Sequence record: CAXNAD020000001.1
Direction: 5' to 3' (one strand)
Length of the DNA stretch: 32,000 bases
A program made the translations under genes and the position numbers. Below, one piece after another: positions 19,553 through 28,130 of this stretch; position 1 is the stretch's first letter; every line of letters begins with the position of its first letter. The notes below the pieces were generated by a model that was not told the DNA's origin, did not search any database, and saw only the letters and a program-made list of their open reading frames with translations.

Positions 19553-21052
19553 ATGACCAAAAATTATCTAAAAAATTTTAGTATATTAGCAACAACAATT
19601 TTTTTTAATCCGAATATTTTAGAATTATCACAAATAAAATTTTCAAATACTATAATGAATTTGAATTTGTTTAAAATTTTAAATATTACATCAAATACAA
19701 AAAAAAATCCTCAAGTACTAGAAACTATTTTAAAAAATCAAGAGTATTTAAATTATAAAAACAATTTAAATAAAACTGAAATTTCTTTAATTGTTAATTC
19801 TAACACAAAAACTAAAAAAAATAAATTACTTTTAATTTCACCTGTAGATTTATTACGTAATACTAGACATGCAAAATTAGAACGTGTAAAATATGGATTA
19901 TTTAGTTTTCGTGAAGGTAAATTTGATTCTAAAAAACGCATTTGTAATGGATTATGGGATAGTACAAATTATATACATGAATTAAATCGACCTTATACAT
20001 ATTCCGATACTGCTGCTTCAGATTTTATCAATTCACAATATCGTCGAAAAGTCGAAGGGGGGTTATTATATTCGTTTTTTTCTAATACAACTAATTATTA
20101 TTCAAAAAATAAATTAGGTGGATATAAATCTATTTGTCCTGTATTTTTTACTAAAGAAGAAGCACAAAATTTATTAACAACTGCAGCAGACGAAATGATA
20201 CATTTAAATAAAAAATATCATATTTATGGTACCAATAATGAAACTATTGTTTATAAACCATTTCCAAAATATATAATTCATAAAGAAAGAATAACGATAA
20301 AAGCATTTAATGAATTACAAAAAAAAAAAAAAAATATAACTTTTTTAACAAAAGTCAAAAATTTTTTAAAAATAAATCAATATCGGCTTAAATTAGCAAA
20401 TTATAAAACATTTAATAAACAACAATTTAATCATTATTTACAAGATAATACAGATGATTTTATGATTCCACAAATACCTGCAGAAAAAAAACGTATGGAA
20501 TATAATAAAGAAATTTTTACTTCCATTTCTAATGCTCGAATATTAACTATGGGGTTAGGAGATTTTTTAGAATTTTATTTAATTAGAGAACCTAATACAT
20601 TAAAAAAATTAGAATTTTTATTCATACCTTCATCTAAAATAAATAATTATAAAAAATACATACCAAAAAAAATACAAAAAATTTTAACAAAAAAAAGTGC
20701 TTTTAAAACATTTGATGATTATCAAAAAAAGTTTTATCAATATAATACAAATATTAAAACATTAGAAACTCGTTTTACAGTCATTCTTAATTTTAAAAAT
20801 AAAACACCTTATATTAAAACATCTAAAAAAAAAATAAAAAACCATCATCAAAAATGTATAATTCAAAATTATTATGTAAACGGTAAAAAAAAATTATTAA
20901 CCTCTCAATTTAATCGAATTAAAATGCAAACTTTACCAATTAAAAAATGTATTAATTTAGATAAAAAAACTTATAAAAAATCTATTAATTTAAATACTTT
21001 AAAAAAAGTTGCAGAAAAACAAAAAATTAAAACAATTATATTAAATCCATAA
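19553..21052 (+). CDS. hypothetical 499-aa Lys/Asn-rich protein (orf499), family unassigned
   Basis: This long ORF fills the thiG-petN gap on the same strand as its neighbours. The N-terminus has a hydrophobic stretch. Islands of normal composition (YGLFSFREGKFDSKKRICNGLWDS, GGLLYSFFSN, ICPVFFTKEEAQNLL, ARILTMGLGDFLEFYLIREP, LEFLFIPSS) sit between low-complexity K/N tracts. It contains an in-frame A16 run at 20319-20334. Confidence 0.5.
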   Translation: MTKNYLKNFSILATTIFFNPNILELSQIKFSNTIMNLNLFKILNITSNTKKNPQVLETILKNQEYLNYKNNLNKTEISLIVNSNTKTKKNKLLLISPVDLLRNTRHAKLERVKYGLFSFREGKFDSKKRICNGLWDSTNYIHELNRPYTYSDTAASDFINSQYRRKVEGGLLYSFFSNTTNYYSKNKLGGYKSICPVFFTKEEAQNLLTTAADEMIHLNKKYHIYGTNNETIVYKPFPKYIIHKERITIKAFNELQKKKKNITFLTKVKNFLKINQYRLKLANYKTFNKQQFNHYLQDNTDDFMIPQIPAEKKRMEYNKEIFTSISNARILTMGLGDFLEFYLIREPNTLKKLEFLFIPSSKINNYKKYIPKKIQKILTKKSAFKTFDDYQKKFYQYNTNIKTLETRFTVILNFKNKTPYIKTSKKKIKNHHQKCIIQNYYVNGKKKLLTSQFNRIKMQTLPIKKCINLDKKTYKKSINLNTLKKVAEKQKIKTIILNP

Positions 21053-21127
21053 ATATTTTAATTTTTTGATTTATCTATAAAATATATACTACGTTTTATT
21101 ATGATTATACATTTTTAAGGATTAGCT

Positions 21128-21217
21128 ATGGATATAATTAGTTTAGGTTGGGCTACAATTATGATGATCTTTACATTTTCATTATCACTAGTTGTTTGGG
21201 GTCGAAATGGATTTTAA
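21128..21217 (+). CDS. petN: cytochrome b6f subunit VIII (PetN)
   Basis: Not in the ORF track (29 aa). Manual translation gives [29 protein letters not shown], a PetN signature. TAAGGA lies upstream. Confidence 0.87.
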   Translation: MDIISLGWATIMMIFTFSLSLVVWGRNGF

Positions 21218-21255
21218 AATCAAATTATTTAAATAGAGGAGAAATTTATTTATTT

Positions 21256-21354
21256 ATGAATGGAGAAATTTTAGTAGTAAGTGTTTTATGTTTCAGTATG
21301 GTAATTATTGGATTATTACTTGGTTTTTTATTATTAAAAATTCAAGAAATTTAA
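21256..21354 (+). CDS. petM: cytochrome b6f subunit VII (PetM, Ycf31)
   Basis: This is an internal ATG of track ORF 21148..21354. It gives MNGEILVVSVLCFSMVIIGLLLGFLLLKIQEI, with the LLLKIQ motif of PetM, and is preceded by AGAGGAG. The longer form would overlap petN. Confidence 0.75.
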   Translation: MNGEILVVSVLCFSMVIIGLLLGFLLLKIQEI

Positions 21355-21365
21355 GAATAAAATAT

Positions 21366-21587
21366 ATGAATATATATAATATTTTATCTGTTTGTATTAA
21401 TTTATTATTAATTCTAATTATACTTCTTAGAAGCCCAAATGAACAAAGTTTACAGGAAATTTTAGGACCTTTACCTATTTTTGAAAATTCAAATAAAGCA
21501 AAACAATTTATTGATAAAGGAATTCAAATATTAACTATTTTATATTTTATTTTTGGAATTTTTTTTACAGCTAAAAATTTAATTTAA
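21366..21587 (+). CDS. secG: preprotein translocase subunit SecG (Ycf47)
   Basis: This is an internal ATG of track ORF 21288..21587. It gives MNIYNILSVCINLLLILIILLRSPNEQSLQEILGPLPIFENSNKAKQFIDKGIQILTILYFIFGIFFTAKNLI. The two-TM layout and the LL(R)-P-N..GL pattern match plastid SecG as I recall it. Confidence 0.65.
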   Translation: MNIYNILSVCINLLLILIILLRSPNEQSLQEILGPLPIFENSNKAKQFIDKGIQILTILYFIFGIFFTAKNLI

Positions 21588-21710
21588 TAATAAATATTGA
21601 ATTAAAAAAAATAGATTATAATTTTTTTAAACTTATCCTTTAAACATAAGTGTATTGACTTTTATTATTAATAATTTTTTTATAAAATATATAAATTAAA
21701 TAAAGATATT

Positions 21711-21845
21711 ATGACTCCATCTTTAATGAATTTTTTAAGTAGTTTAATTGCTGGTTTTGTTATTGTAGTAATTCCAATTAGTTTTGCATTAATTTGGGTA
21801 AGTAGAAAAGATAAGTTAACACGTATTGTGAAAAAAACAAAATAA
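21711..21845 (+). CDS. psbX: photosystem II protein X
   Basis: Not in the ORF track (44 aa). Manual translation gives [44 protein letters not shown], which fits the PsbX pattern MTPSL.NFL.SL..G. Confidence 0.8.
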   Translation: MTPSLMNFLSSLIAGFVIVVIPISFALIWVSRKDKLTRIVKKTK

Positions 21846-21891
21846 TAATAATTAATTATTGTTTATAAATAAAATAATATACTTAAATTTT

Positions 21892-22272
21892 ATGATAAAT
21901 ATAGGATTTGGAGCTAATTTTATTTTAGGATTGCTTATAATTTGTGGAGCATTATTTTTATATTTTATAAGAAATATTAGACCAGAATTAGCACGAGATG
22001 AAGATATTTTTTTTACAACATTAGGACTAATTTATGGCTGTATTTTAATTATACATGGGTGGAGATTAGATCCAATTTTATTATTTAGTCAAGTCTTGAT
22101 TGTAAGTCTTTGTCTTGCTGCTGGATGGGAAAATATTAGATTACGAGCTTTAGTAGCAAAAAAAATTAAAGAACAATTAAAATCTAAATTTTTTAAAAAT
22201 TCAATTGTAAACTCAAATCGTAAAAAAGATTTAAATACAAATTCTAAATTACCAAAAAATTTATTAAAATAA
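21892..22272 (+). CDS. ycf66: Ycf66 family membrane protein
   Basis: From the ATG at 21892: MINIGFGANFILGLLIICGALFLYFIRNIRPELARDEDIFFTTLGLIYGCILIIHGWRLDPILLFSQ, the Ycf66 signature (LY..R..RPEL.RD.DIFF...GL..G.IL...GWRLDPILLF.Q). The track ORF starts at an upstream TTG. Confidence 0.75.
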   Translation: MINIGFGANFILGLLIICGALFLYFIRNIRPELARDEDIFFTTLGLIYGCILIIHGWRLDPILLFSQVLIVSLCLAAGWENIRLRALVAKKIKEQLKSKFFKNSIVNSNRKKDLNTNSKLPKNLLK

Positions 22273-22325
22273 ATTAAAGTAATTTTTTTTTTTGTTTCAA
22301 AAAAATAATATTTCTGATAAATAAT

Positions 22326-22817
22326 ATGTTAAAAAAATTTTTTAATAGTTTAGTAATTATTTTACTATGCACATTCAATTTATTAAGTTCAACAGTTTAT
22401 GCTATTGAATTAGATGAGGCAACTCGAACAATTGTTGCAGATAAAACAGGTAAAACAACAATATTAAGTTCTGAACAAGTAAAGCGTGGAAAAAGATTAT
22501 TTAATTCTAGTTGTGGACAATGTCATGTAGGTGGAGTAACAAAAACCAATCCTAATTTAGGATTAGATCCAGAAGCTTTAAGTTTAGCAACTCCAAATCG
22601 TGATAATATTCAAGGATTAGTAGATTATATAAAAAGCCCAACTACTTATGATGGTTTAGAATCTATTGCAGAAATTCATCCAAGTATTAAAAGTGCAGAT
22701 ATTTTTCCTCGCATGCGTTCTTTAAGTGAAGAAGATTTAGTGGCAATTGCAGGTCATATTTTATTACAACCAAAAGTTATTTCTGAAAAATGGGGTGGTG
22801 GAAAAATTTATTATTAA
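22326..22817 (+). CDS. psbV: cytochrome c-550 (PsbV)
   Basis: Has a signal peptide, then ELDEATRTI, KRGKRLFNSSCGQCHVGGVTKTNPN (CxxCH heme site) and a C-terminal KWGGGKIYY. Confidence 0.93.
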   Translation: MLKKFFNSLVIILLCTFNLLSSTVYAIELDEATRTIVADKTGKTTILSSEQVKRGKRLFNSSCGQCHVGGVTKTNPNLGLDPEALSLATPNRDNIQGLVDYIKSPTTYDGLESIAEIHPSIKSADIFPRMRSLSEEDLVAIAGHILLQPKVISEKWGGGKIYY

Positions 22818-22909
22818 TTTCAAGAATTAGAATGTTATAGTTTATTAATAATATTTATAAATTTTTATATTCGCATAATACTGCAAAATAATTTGTTTAA
22901 AGGTTTTAT

Positions 22910-23242
22910 ATGCAAAAAAAAATTTTTAGTTTAATCATTCTTTTTTTATCAATAATTAATTTTTCTAGTATAACTTGCGCTGTTGATATACAAAATGGTG
23001 AAGGTATTTTTACAGCAAATTGCACAGCTTGTCATGCTGGTGGAAATAATGTTGTTATGATAGATAAAACTTTACAAAAAGAAGCTTTAGTTAAGAATGA
23101 AATGAATTCGATTAAAGCTATAATGTATCAAGTGACAAATGGTAAAAATGCTATGCCAGCTTTTGGTGGACGTTTGTCAGATACCGATATTGAAGATGCA
23201 GCTAATTATGTATTAGGGAAATCAGAAGCAGGTTGGGATTAA
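22910..23242 (+). CDS. petJ: cytochrome c6 (c553)
   Basis: Has a signal peptide, then GEGIFTANCTACHAGGNNVV, VTNGKNAMPAFGGRLSD..IEDAANYVL. Confidence 0.9.
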   Translation: MQKKIFSLIILFLSIINFSSITCAVDIQNGEGIFTANCTACHAGGNNVVMIDKTLQKEALVKNEMNSIKAIMYQVTNGKNAMPAFGGRLSDTDIEDAANYVLGKSEAGWD

Positions 23243-23255
23243 ATTTAAAATTAAT

Positions 23256-23282
23256 AATATTAAAATTAAAAATTTTAATATT
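23256..23282 (+). terminator. A/T hairpin 14 nt downstream of petJ (12-bp stem, AAA loop)
   Basis: AATATTAAAATT-AAA-AATTTTAATATT. The function is inferred from position. Confidence 0.35.
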
Positions 23283-23327
23283 GCCAATTTTGAGTTTTTT
23301 TCAAACTATCTTTAAAGTTAAATATAA

Positions 23328-24911
23328 ATGAGTAAAAAAATTTTATATCAAGGAAATGCAAGAATAGCATTAGAAAAAGGAATGGAAATTTTATCTGAAG
23401 CTGTTTCTGTAACATTGGGACCTAAAGGTCGAAATGTAGTTTTAGATAAAAAATATGGTTCACCACAAATTATAAATGATGGTGTAAGTATTGCGAAAGA
23501 AATTGAATTAAAAGATAATATACAAAATACAGGAGTTTCTTTAATAAAACAAGCTGCCTTAAAAACAAATGATGTTGCAGGAGATGGAACTACAACTTCT
23601 ACTGTTTTAGCTTATGCTATCGTTAAAAAAGGAATGAAAAATTTAACAGCTGGTTTAAACCCTATTTCTGTAAAATTAGGAATTGATAAAGCTGGTAAAT
23701 ATTTATCAAATCAACTTTTAGAATATGCTCGACCTATTTTAGATAATAATTCAATAAGACAAATTGCAACAATTTCTTCAGGTAATGATAAAGAAATTGG
23801 TTCCATGATTGCGAAAGCATTAACAAAAGTTGGACGCGATGGTATTATTTCATTAGAAGAAGGTACTAGCACTTCAATTGAATTAATTATTACTGAAGGT
23901 ATGCGATTAGATAAAGGATTTATTTCTCCTTATTTTATTACAAATTCGGAACGGTCTGAAGTAGAGTATGAAAATCCGTTTATTTTAATTACTGATAAAA
24001 AATTAACATTAGTTCAGCAAGACTTAATTCCAGTTTTAGAAAAAGTTGCTAAAACAAAACAACCTTTATTAATAATTGCTGAAGATATACAAAAAGAAGC
24101 TTTATCTACATTAGTATTAAATAAATTACGAGGAATTATTAATGTAGTAGCTATTAGAGCGCCAGGATTTGGTGATTTTCGTAAAGTTTTATTAGATGAT
24201 ATAGCTATTTTAACAAATGGTACAGTTATTACAGAAGATACTGGCTTACGTTTAGATAATATTGAGCTTAATTTATTAGGAACAGCTCGTCGAATAGTAA
24301 TAACGAAAGAATCAACTACTATTATTACAGAAGGTAATAAACAAAATATAATAAATCGATGTGAACAACTCCGAAAACAAATAGAATTAAGTGATTCATC
24401 TTATGAAGTAGAAAAATTAAAAGATCGAATTGCTAAATTATTAGGAGGAATTGCTATAATAAAAGTTGGAGCAGTTACTGAAACAGAAATGAAAGATAAA
24501 AAATTACGTTTAGAAGATGCTATAAATGCTACTAAAGCAGCAGTAGAAGAGGGTATTATTCCTGGTGGTGGCTCAACATTGACACATCTTTCTAATTCTT
24601 TAAAAGTTTGGGCAAAAAATAATTTAATAGAAGATGAATTTATTGGTGCATCAATTTTAGCTGAAGCAATTAAAGAACCATTAAAAAAAATTTCTGAAAA
24701 TACTGGAAAAAATGGAAGTGTAATTGTTGAATTATTACAAGAAAATGATTTTGAATTTGGTTATAATGCAGAAATTGAAGAATTTGGAAATATGTTTGAC
24801 TTCGGTATTATTGATCCAGTAAAAGTAACAAGATCTGCTTTACAAAATGCTACTTCCATATCAGGAATGATATTAACGACTGAATGTATTATTGTCAATA
24901 AAAATGATTAA
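23328..24911 (+). CDS. groEL: chaperonin GroEL (Cpn60)
   Basis: 527 aa. Contains [40 protein letters not shown] and GIIPGGG. Confidence 0.95.
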   Translation: MSKKILYQGNARIALEKGMEILSEAVSVTLGPKGRNVVLDKKYGSPQIINDGVSIAKEIELKDNIQNTGVSLIKQAALKTNDVAGDGTTTSTVLAYAIVKKGMKNLTAGLNPISVKLGIDKAGKYLSNQLLEYARPILDNNSIRQIATISSGNDKEIGSMIAKALTKVGRDGIISLEEGTSTSIELIITEGMRLDKGFISPYFITNSERSEVEYENPFILITDKKLTLVQQDLIPVLEKVAKTKQPLLIIAEDIQKEALSTLVLNKLRGIINVVAIRAPGFGDFRKVLLDDIAILTNGTVITEDTGLRLDNIELNLLGTARRIVITKESTTIITEGNKQNIINRCEQLRKQIELSDSSYEVEKLKDRIAKLLGGIAIIKVGAVTETEMKDKKLRLEDAINATKAAVEEGIIPGGGSTLTHLSNSLKVWAKNNLIEDEFIGASILAEAIKEPLKKISENTGKNGSVIVELLQENDFEFGYNAEIEEFGNMFDFGIIDPVKVTRSALQNATSISGMILTTECIIVNKND

Positions 24912-24924
24912 TTGTTTTTATTAA

Positions 24925-24999
24925 CGGGACTGACGGGACTCGAACCCGCAACTTTCACCGTGACAGGGTGATACTCTAACCAAATTGAGCTACAATCCC
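24925..24999 (-). tRNA. trnD(GUC): tRNA-Asp (GUC)
   Basis: The reverse complement is GGGATTGTAGCTCAATTTGGTTAGAGTATCACCCTGTCACGGTGAAAGTTGCGGGTTCGAGTCCCGTCAGTCCCG. The anticodon is GTC. Confidence 0.9.
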
Positions 25000-25104
25000 T
25001 GTCCCTATTATAATATTTCTTTTTTCTGTTTGTCAAGAATTAATTGTTAAATAAAATTTAATTGTTATTATATAAATAAATAATATAATTATTTATATCA
25101 AATT

Positions 25105-25177
25105 GGCTCTGTAGCTCAGTGGTTAGAGTAGGGGATTCATAAGCCCTTGGTCGCAGGTTCAAATCCCGCCAGAGCTA
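25105..25177 (+). tRNA. trnM(CAU): tRNA with CAU anticodon, class I; most likely elongator tRNA-Met (Ile2 not excluded)
   Basis: GGCTCTGTAGCTCAGTGGTTAGAGTAGGGGATTCATAAGCCCTTGGTCGCAGGTTCAAATCCCGCCAGAGCTA. The loop TTCATAA (U32) and the D arm resemble plastid elongator trnM. It has G1-U72 and mismatches at 31-39 and 51-63. Confidence 0.6.
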
Positions 25178-25190
25178 TATATATTTTAAT

Positions 25191-25279
25191 GGTGAGATGG
25201 CTGAGTGGCTTAAAGCGTTAGATTGCTAATCTATTGTACAAATTTTTTTGTACCGAGGGTTCGAATCCCTCTCTCTCCT
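25191..25279 (+). tRNA. trnS(GCU): tRNA-Ser (GCU), class II
   Basis: GGTGAGATGGCTGAGTGGCTTAAAGCG-TTAGA-TTGCTAA-TCTAT + long extra arm (GTACAAA..TTTGTAC) + GAGGGTTCGAATCCCTC-TCTCTCC-T. It has a U3-U70 mismatch. Confidence 0.85.
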
Positions 25280-25287
25280 TTGAAAAT

Positions 25288-25369
25288 TATATTTAAGTTT
25301 ATTGGTATAGGTGTAATTACCGAACCTTAAGGTTCGGTAATTACACCTATACCAATAAACTTAAATATA
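25288..25369. repeat. 82-bp perfect palindrome (41-bp arms, no spacer) between trnS(GCU) and dnaK
   Basis: TATATTTAAGTTTATTGGTATAGGTGTAATTACCGAACCTT|AAGGTTCGGTAATTACACCTATACCAATAAACTTAAATATA. All 41 pairs were checked individually. It is noticeably less A/T-pure than the surrounding spacer. Confidence 0.95.
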
Positions 25370-25508
25370 TTATATTATATATGTACATTAATACGAATGT
25401 ACACTAGATTAAAATAAACTAAACTAAAAACAATAGTGCAATTACTATTTCAATATATTTCTTATTTATATTGAAATTATATAAAATTTATAATAATAAC
25501 AAAATTAT

Positions 25509-27437
25509 ATGAAAATTACAAAAGTTATTGGGATTGATTTAGGAACAACAAATTCAGTTGTAGCAGTAATGGAAGGTGGTCAACCAACAGTAGTCCCAAA
25601 TTCTGAAGGATTACGAACAACACCTTCAATTATTGCATATACAAAAAATAAAGAATTATTAGTGGGACAAATTGCTAAACGTCAAGCAGTAATTAATCCA
25701 GAAAATACATTTTCATCAATAAAACGTATTATTGGAACAACTTTATCTGAAATTAAAAAGCAATCAATCCAAGTTCCCTATGAAGTTATTGATGATAACA
25801 AAGGAAATGTTAAAATAGTATGTTCAAATTTAGATAAAAATTTAAGTCCTGAAGAAATTTCAGCTCAAGTGTTACGAAAACTGGCAACAGATGCTAGTAA
25901 TTATTTATGTAGGCCAGTTAATAATGTAGTAATTACAGTACCAGCTTATTTTAATGATTCACAACGTCAAGCAACTAAAGATGCAGGTCAAATTGCTGGT
26001 TTAGATGTAAAACGAATTATAAATGAACCAACAGCAGCTTCTTTAGCATATGGATTAGATAAACAACATAATGAGATAGTTGTTATTTTTGATTTAGGAG
26101 GAGGAACATTTGATGTTTCAATTTTAGAAGTTGGGGAAGGTGTTTTTGAGGTTTTAGCAACTTCTGGTGATACTCAATTAGGTGGAGATGATTTTGATAG
26201 AAAAATAGTAGATTATTTAATAAAAACTTTTTTAGAAAAAGAAAAAATTGATTTAAATCAAGATACACAAGCATTACAACGTTTAACAGAAGCGGCAGAA
26301 AAAGCAAAAATTGAATTATCAACATTATCAGAAACTCGAATTAATTTACCTTTTATTACAGTAGATGAAACAGGTCCAAAACATATTGAAGAAATTTTAA
26401 CACGAGCAAAATTTGAAGCACTTTGTCAAGATTTAATCGATCGTTGTCGTATTCCAGTTGAAGCTGCGATAAAAGATGCAGATTTAAAAAAAGATATTAA
26501 TGAATTAGTTTTAGTTGGTGGTTCTACACGTATACCTGCTATTCAAAAATTAATTTCGCAATTTATTCAAAAAAAACCAAATCAAAGTGTTAATCCAGAT
26601 GAAGTTGTAGCAATAGGAGCTGCTTTACAAGGTGGTGTATTAGCTGGTGAAATTACAGATATTCTTTTATTGGATGTTACACCTTTATCATTAGGAGTTG
26701 AGACGGTTGGAAATCTTATGACAAAAATGATTCCACGTAATACTACAATTCCAGTTAAACGATCTGCTATGTATACTACAGCTAGTGATAATCAAGAAAT
26801 TGTTAATGTAGATGTTTTACAAGGTGAAAGAGAATTTGCGAAAGATAATAAAATTATTGGGAATTTTTTATTAGAAGGAATACCAAAAGCACCTCGTGGA
26901 GTTCCAAAAATTGAAGTTATTTTTGATATGGATGCAAGTGGAATTTTATCTGTTTCTGCTAAAGATAAGGATACCGGTATAGAAAAAACAATACAAATTC
27001 AAAATACAGCAAAATTAGATCCAGATGATGTTGAAAAAATGGTACGTGAAGCTGAAGCGGCTTCAGAGAAAGATAAAGAAAATAAAGAAAAAGTAGAATT
27101 AAAAAATCAAATTGATTCACTTTCTTATCAAATTCAAAAACAATATGATGATAATAAAGATAAAATTTCTTCTCAAAAACAAGAACAAATTACTATAGTA
27201 TTGAAAGAAGTTTCAGAATTTATTAATTCTGATAAAAATAACATTGATAATTTAGATAGTACTAAATTAAAAACAAAAATTAATGAACTAGAACAACTTT
27301 ACACAGAAATTAATAAAGAATTATCTGAATTTACAGCAAAAAATGTTAAAACTTCAACACACGATCAAACTGTAAATAGTCATGTAGAAGAAGATGATGG
27401 TACAATTATTGATACAGAGATTGTTGAAGAAGGATAA
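25509..27437 (+). CDS. dnaK: Hsp70 chaperone DnaK
   Basis: 642 aa. Contains [43 protein letters not shown] and a K/E/N-rich C-terminal tail. Confidence 0.97.
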   Translation: MKITKVIGIDLGTTNSVVAVMEGGQPTVVPNSEGLRTTPSIIAYTKNKELLVGQIAKRQAVINPENTFSSIKRIIGTTLSEIKKQSIQVPYEVIDDNKGNVKIVCSNLDKNLSPEEISAQVLRKLATDASNYLCRPVNNVVITVPAYFNDSQRQATKDAGQIAGLDVKRIINEPTAASLAYGLDKQHNEIVVIFDLGGGTFDVSILEVGEGVFEVLATSGDTQLGGDDFDRKIVDYLIKTFLEKEKIDLNQDTQALQRLTEAAEKAKIELSTLSETRINLPFITVDETGPKHIEEILTRAKFEALCQDLIDRCRIPVEAAIKDADLKKDINELVLVGGSTRIPAIQKLISQFIQKKPNQSVNPDEVVAIGAALQGGVLAGEITDILLLDVTPLSLGVETVGNLMTKMIPRNTTIPVKRSAMYTTASDNQEIVNVDVLQGEREFAKDNKIIGNFLLEGIPKAPRGVPKIEVIFDMDASGILSVSAKDKDTGIEKTIQIQNTAKLDPDDVEKMVREAEAASEKDKENKEKVELKNQIDSLSYQIQKQYDDNKDKISSQKQEQITIVLKEVSEFINSDKNNIDNLDSTKLKTKINELEQLYTEINKELSEFTAKNVKTSTHDQTVNSHVEEDDGTIIDTEIVEEG

Positions 27438-27443
27438 ATATTC

Positions 27444-27473
27444 TTGATTTTTTATTAAAATTTATACTATAAT
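27444..27473 (+). promoter_or_regulatory. sigma70-type promoter-like motif TTGATT-N18-TATAAT upstream of psbI
   Basis: TTGATT lies at 27444-27449 and TATAAT at 27468-27473. GGAGA lies at 27494-27498, before the ATG at 27508. Such hexamers arise easily by chance in A/T-rich DNA. Confidence 0.25.
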
Positions 27474-27507
27474 TTTAATGAGAAACCTTTTTTGGAGAAT
27501 TTTATTT

Positions 27508-27624
27508 ATGTTAACTTTAAAAATTTTAGTTTATACTACTGTAACCTTTTTTAGTTCATTATTTATTTTTGGTTTTTTAGCTAATGATCCATCACGAAAT
27601 CCAAATAGAAAAGATTTAGAATAA
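27508..27624 (+). CDS. psbI: photosystem II protein I
   Basis: Not in the ORF track (38 aa). Manual translation gives [38 protein letters not shown], a PsbI signature. Confidence 0.87.
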   Translation: MLTLKILVYTTVTFFSSLFIFGFLANDPSRNPNRKDLE

Positions 27625-27657
27625 TAATAAAATAAGAACATTTTTATTTTATTATTA
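27622..27657 (+). terminator. A/T hairpin starting in the psbI stop codon and ending 1 nt before the next tRNA
   Basis: 27622-27635 (TAATAATAAAATAA) pairs with 27644-27657 (TTATTTTATTATTA). Confidence 0.35.
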
Positions 27658-27658
27658 A

Positions 27659-27744
27659 GCATTTGTGGCCGAGTGGTTGAAGGCAACGGACTCATAATCC
27701 GTTTTCTATTTAGAACATCGCTGGTTCGAACCCAGCCAGATGCA
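27659..27744 (+). tRNA. 86-nt tRNA with CAU anticodon and a long (class-II-like) variable arm; possibly an atypical tRNA-Ile2(CAU), isotype unresolved
   Basis: GCATTTG-TG-GCCGAGTGGTTGAAGGC-A-ACGGA-CTCATAA-TCCGT-TTTCTATTTAGAACATC-GCTGG-TTCGAAC-CCAGC-CAGATGC-A. All four stems pair well. The roughly 17-nt extra region can form a TTCT/AGAA stem. See findings. Confidence 0.7.
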
Positions 27745-27749
27745 AGAAA

Positions 27750-28130
27750 TTATGAAAATTTTTGTTTAAGACGACTAGCTTTACCAGCTAAATAACGTAA
27801 ATAATATAATTTTGAACGTCTTATTTGGGATGATTTTTGAATTGTAATTGATTCTAATTTCGGTGAATTTAATAAAAATATTCGTTCTACCCCAATCCCT
27901 TGAATAACTTTACGAACCATAATAGTTTTATTTATACCACTATTTCTTTGACAAATAACGAGTCCTTGAAAATATTGAATACGTTCTTTATTTCCTTCTC
28001 GAATTAATACACCAATTTTCACATTATCTCCAACAAGTATTTTAGGAATATCTTTTTTTATATAAGGTTTTTCAATTGAATTAATAATTTGTGTAGAATT
28101 AATTTTAATAACAAGATTATTATTTGTCAT
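27750..28130 (-). CDS. rpl19: ribosomal protein L19
   Basis: 126 aa. Contains IPKILVGDNVKIGVLIREGNKERIQYFQGLVICQRNSGINKTIMVRKVIQGIGVERIFLLNSP, the L19 pattern. Confidence 0.9.
   Translation of the reverse strand: MTNNNLVIKINSTQIINSIEKPYIKKDIPKILVGDNVKIGVLIREGNKERIQYFQGLVICQRNSGINKTIMVRKVIQGIGVERIFLLNSPKLESITIQKSSQIRRSKLYYLRYLAGKASRLKQKFS

Noticed and set aside
19753-19941. 62-aa minus-strand ORF inside orf499
   Set aside because: It is short, antisense and low complexity.
21148-21587. Long forms of the two track ORFs overlapping petN and each other
   Set aside because: The N-terminal extensions overlap neighbouring conserved genes out of frame. The recognisable PetM and SecG sequences start at internal ATGs, and the PetM start has an SD-like motif upstream.
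23243-23327. CIRCE heat-shock operator (TTAGCACTC-N9-GAGTGCTAA) upstream of groEL, and likewise upstream of dnaK (25370-25508)
   Set aside because: I looked for it by eye. Only A/T hairpins are present, with no CIRCE-like half-sites.
26083-26325. 80-aa minus-strand ORF inside dnaK
   Set aside because: It is antisense to the conserved Hsp70 ATPase domain and its peptide is L/F/K-rich.
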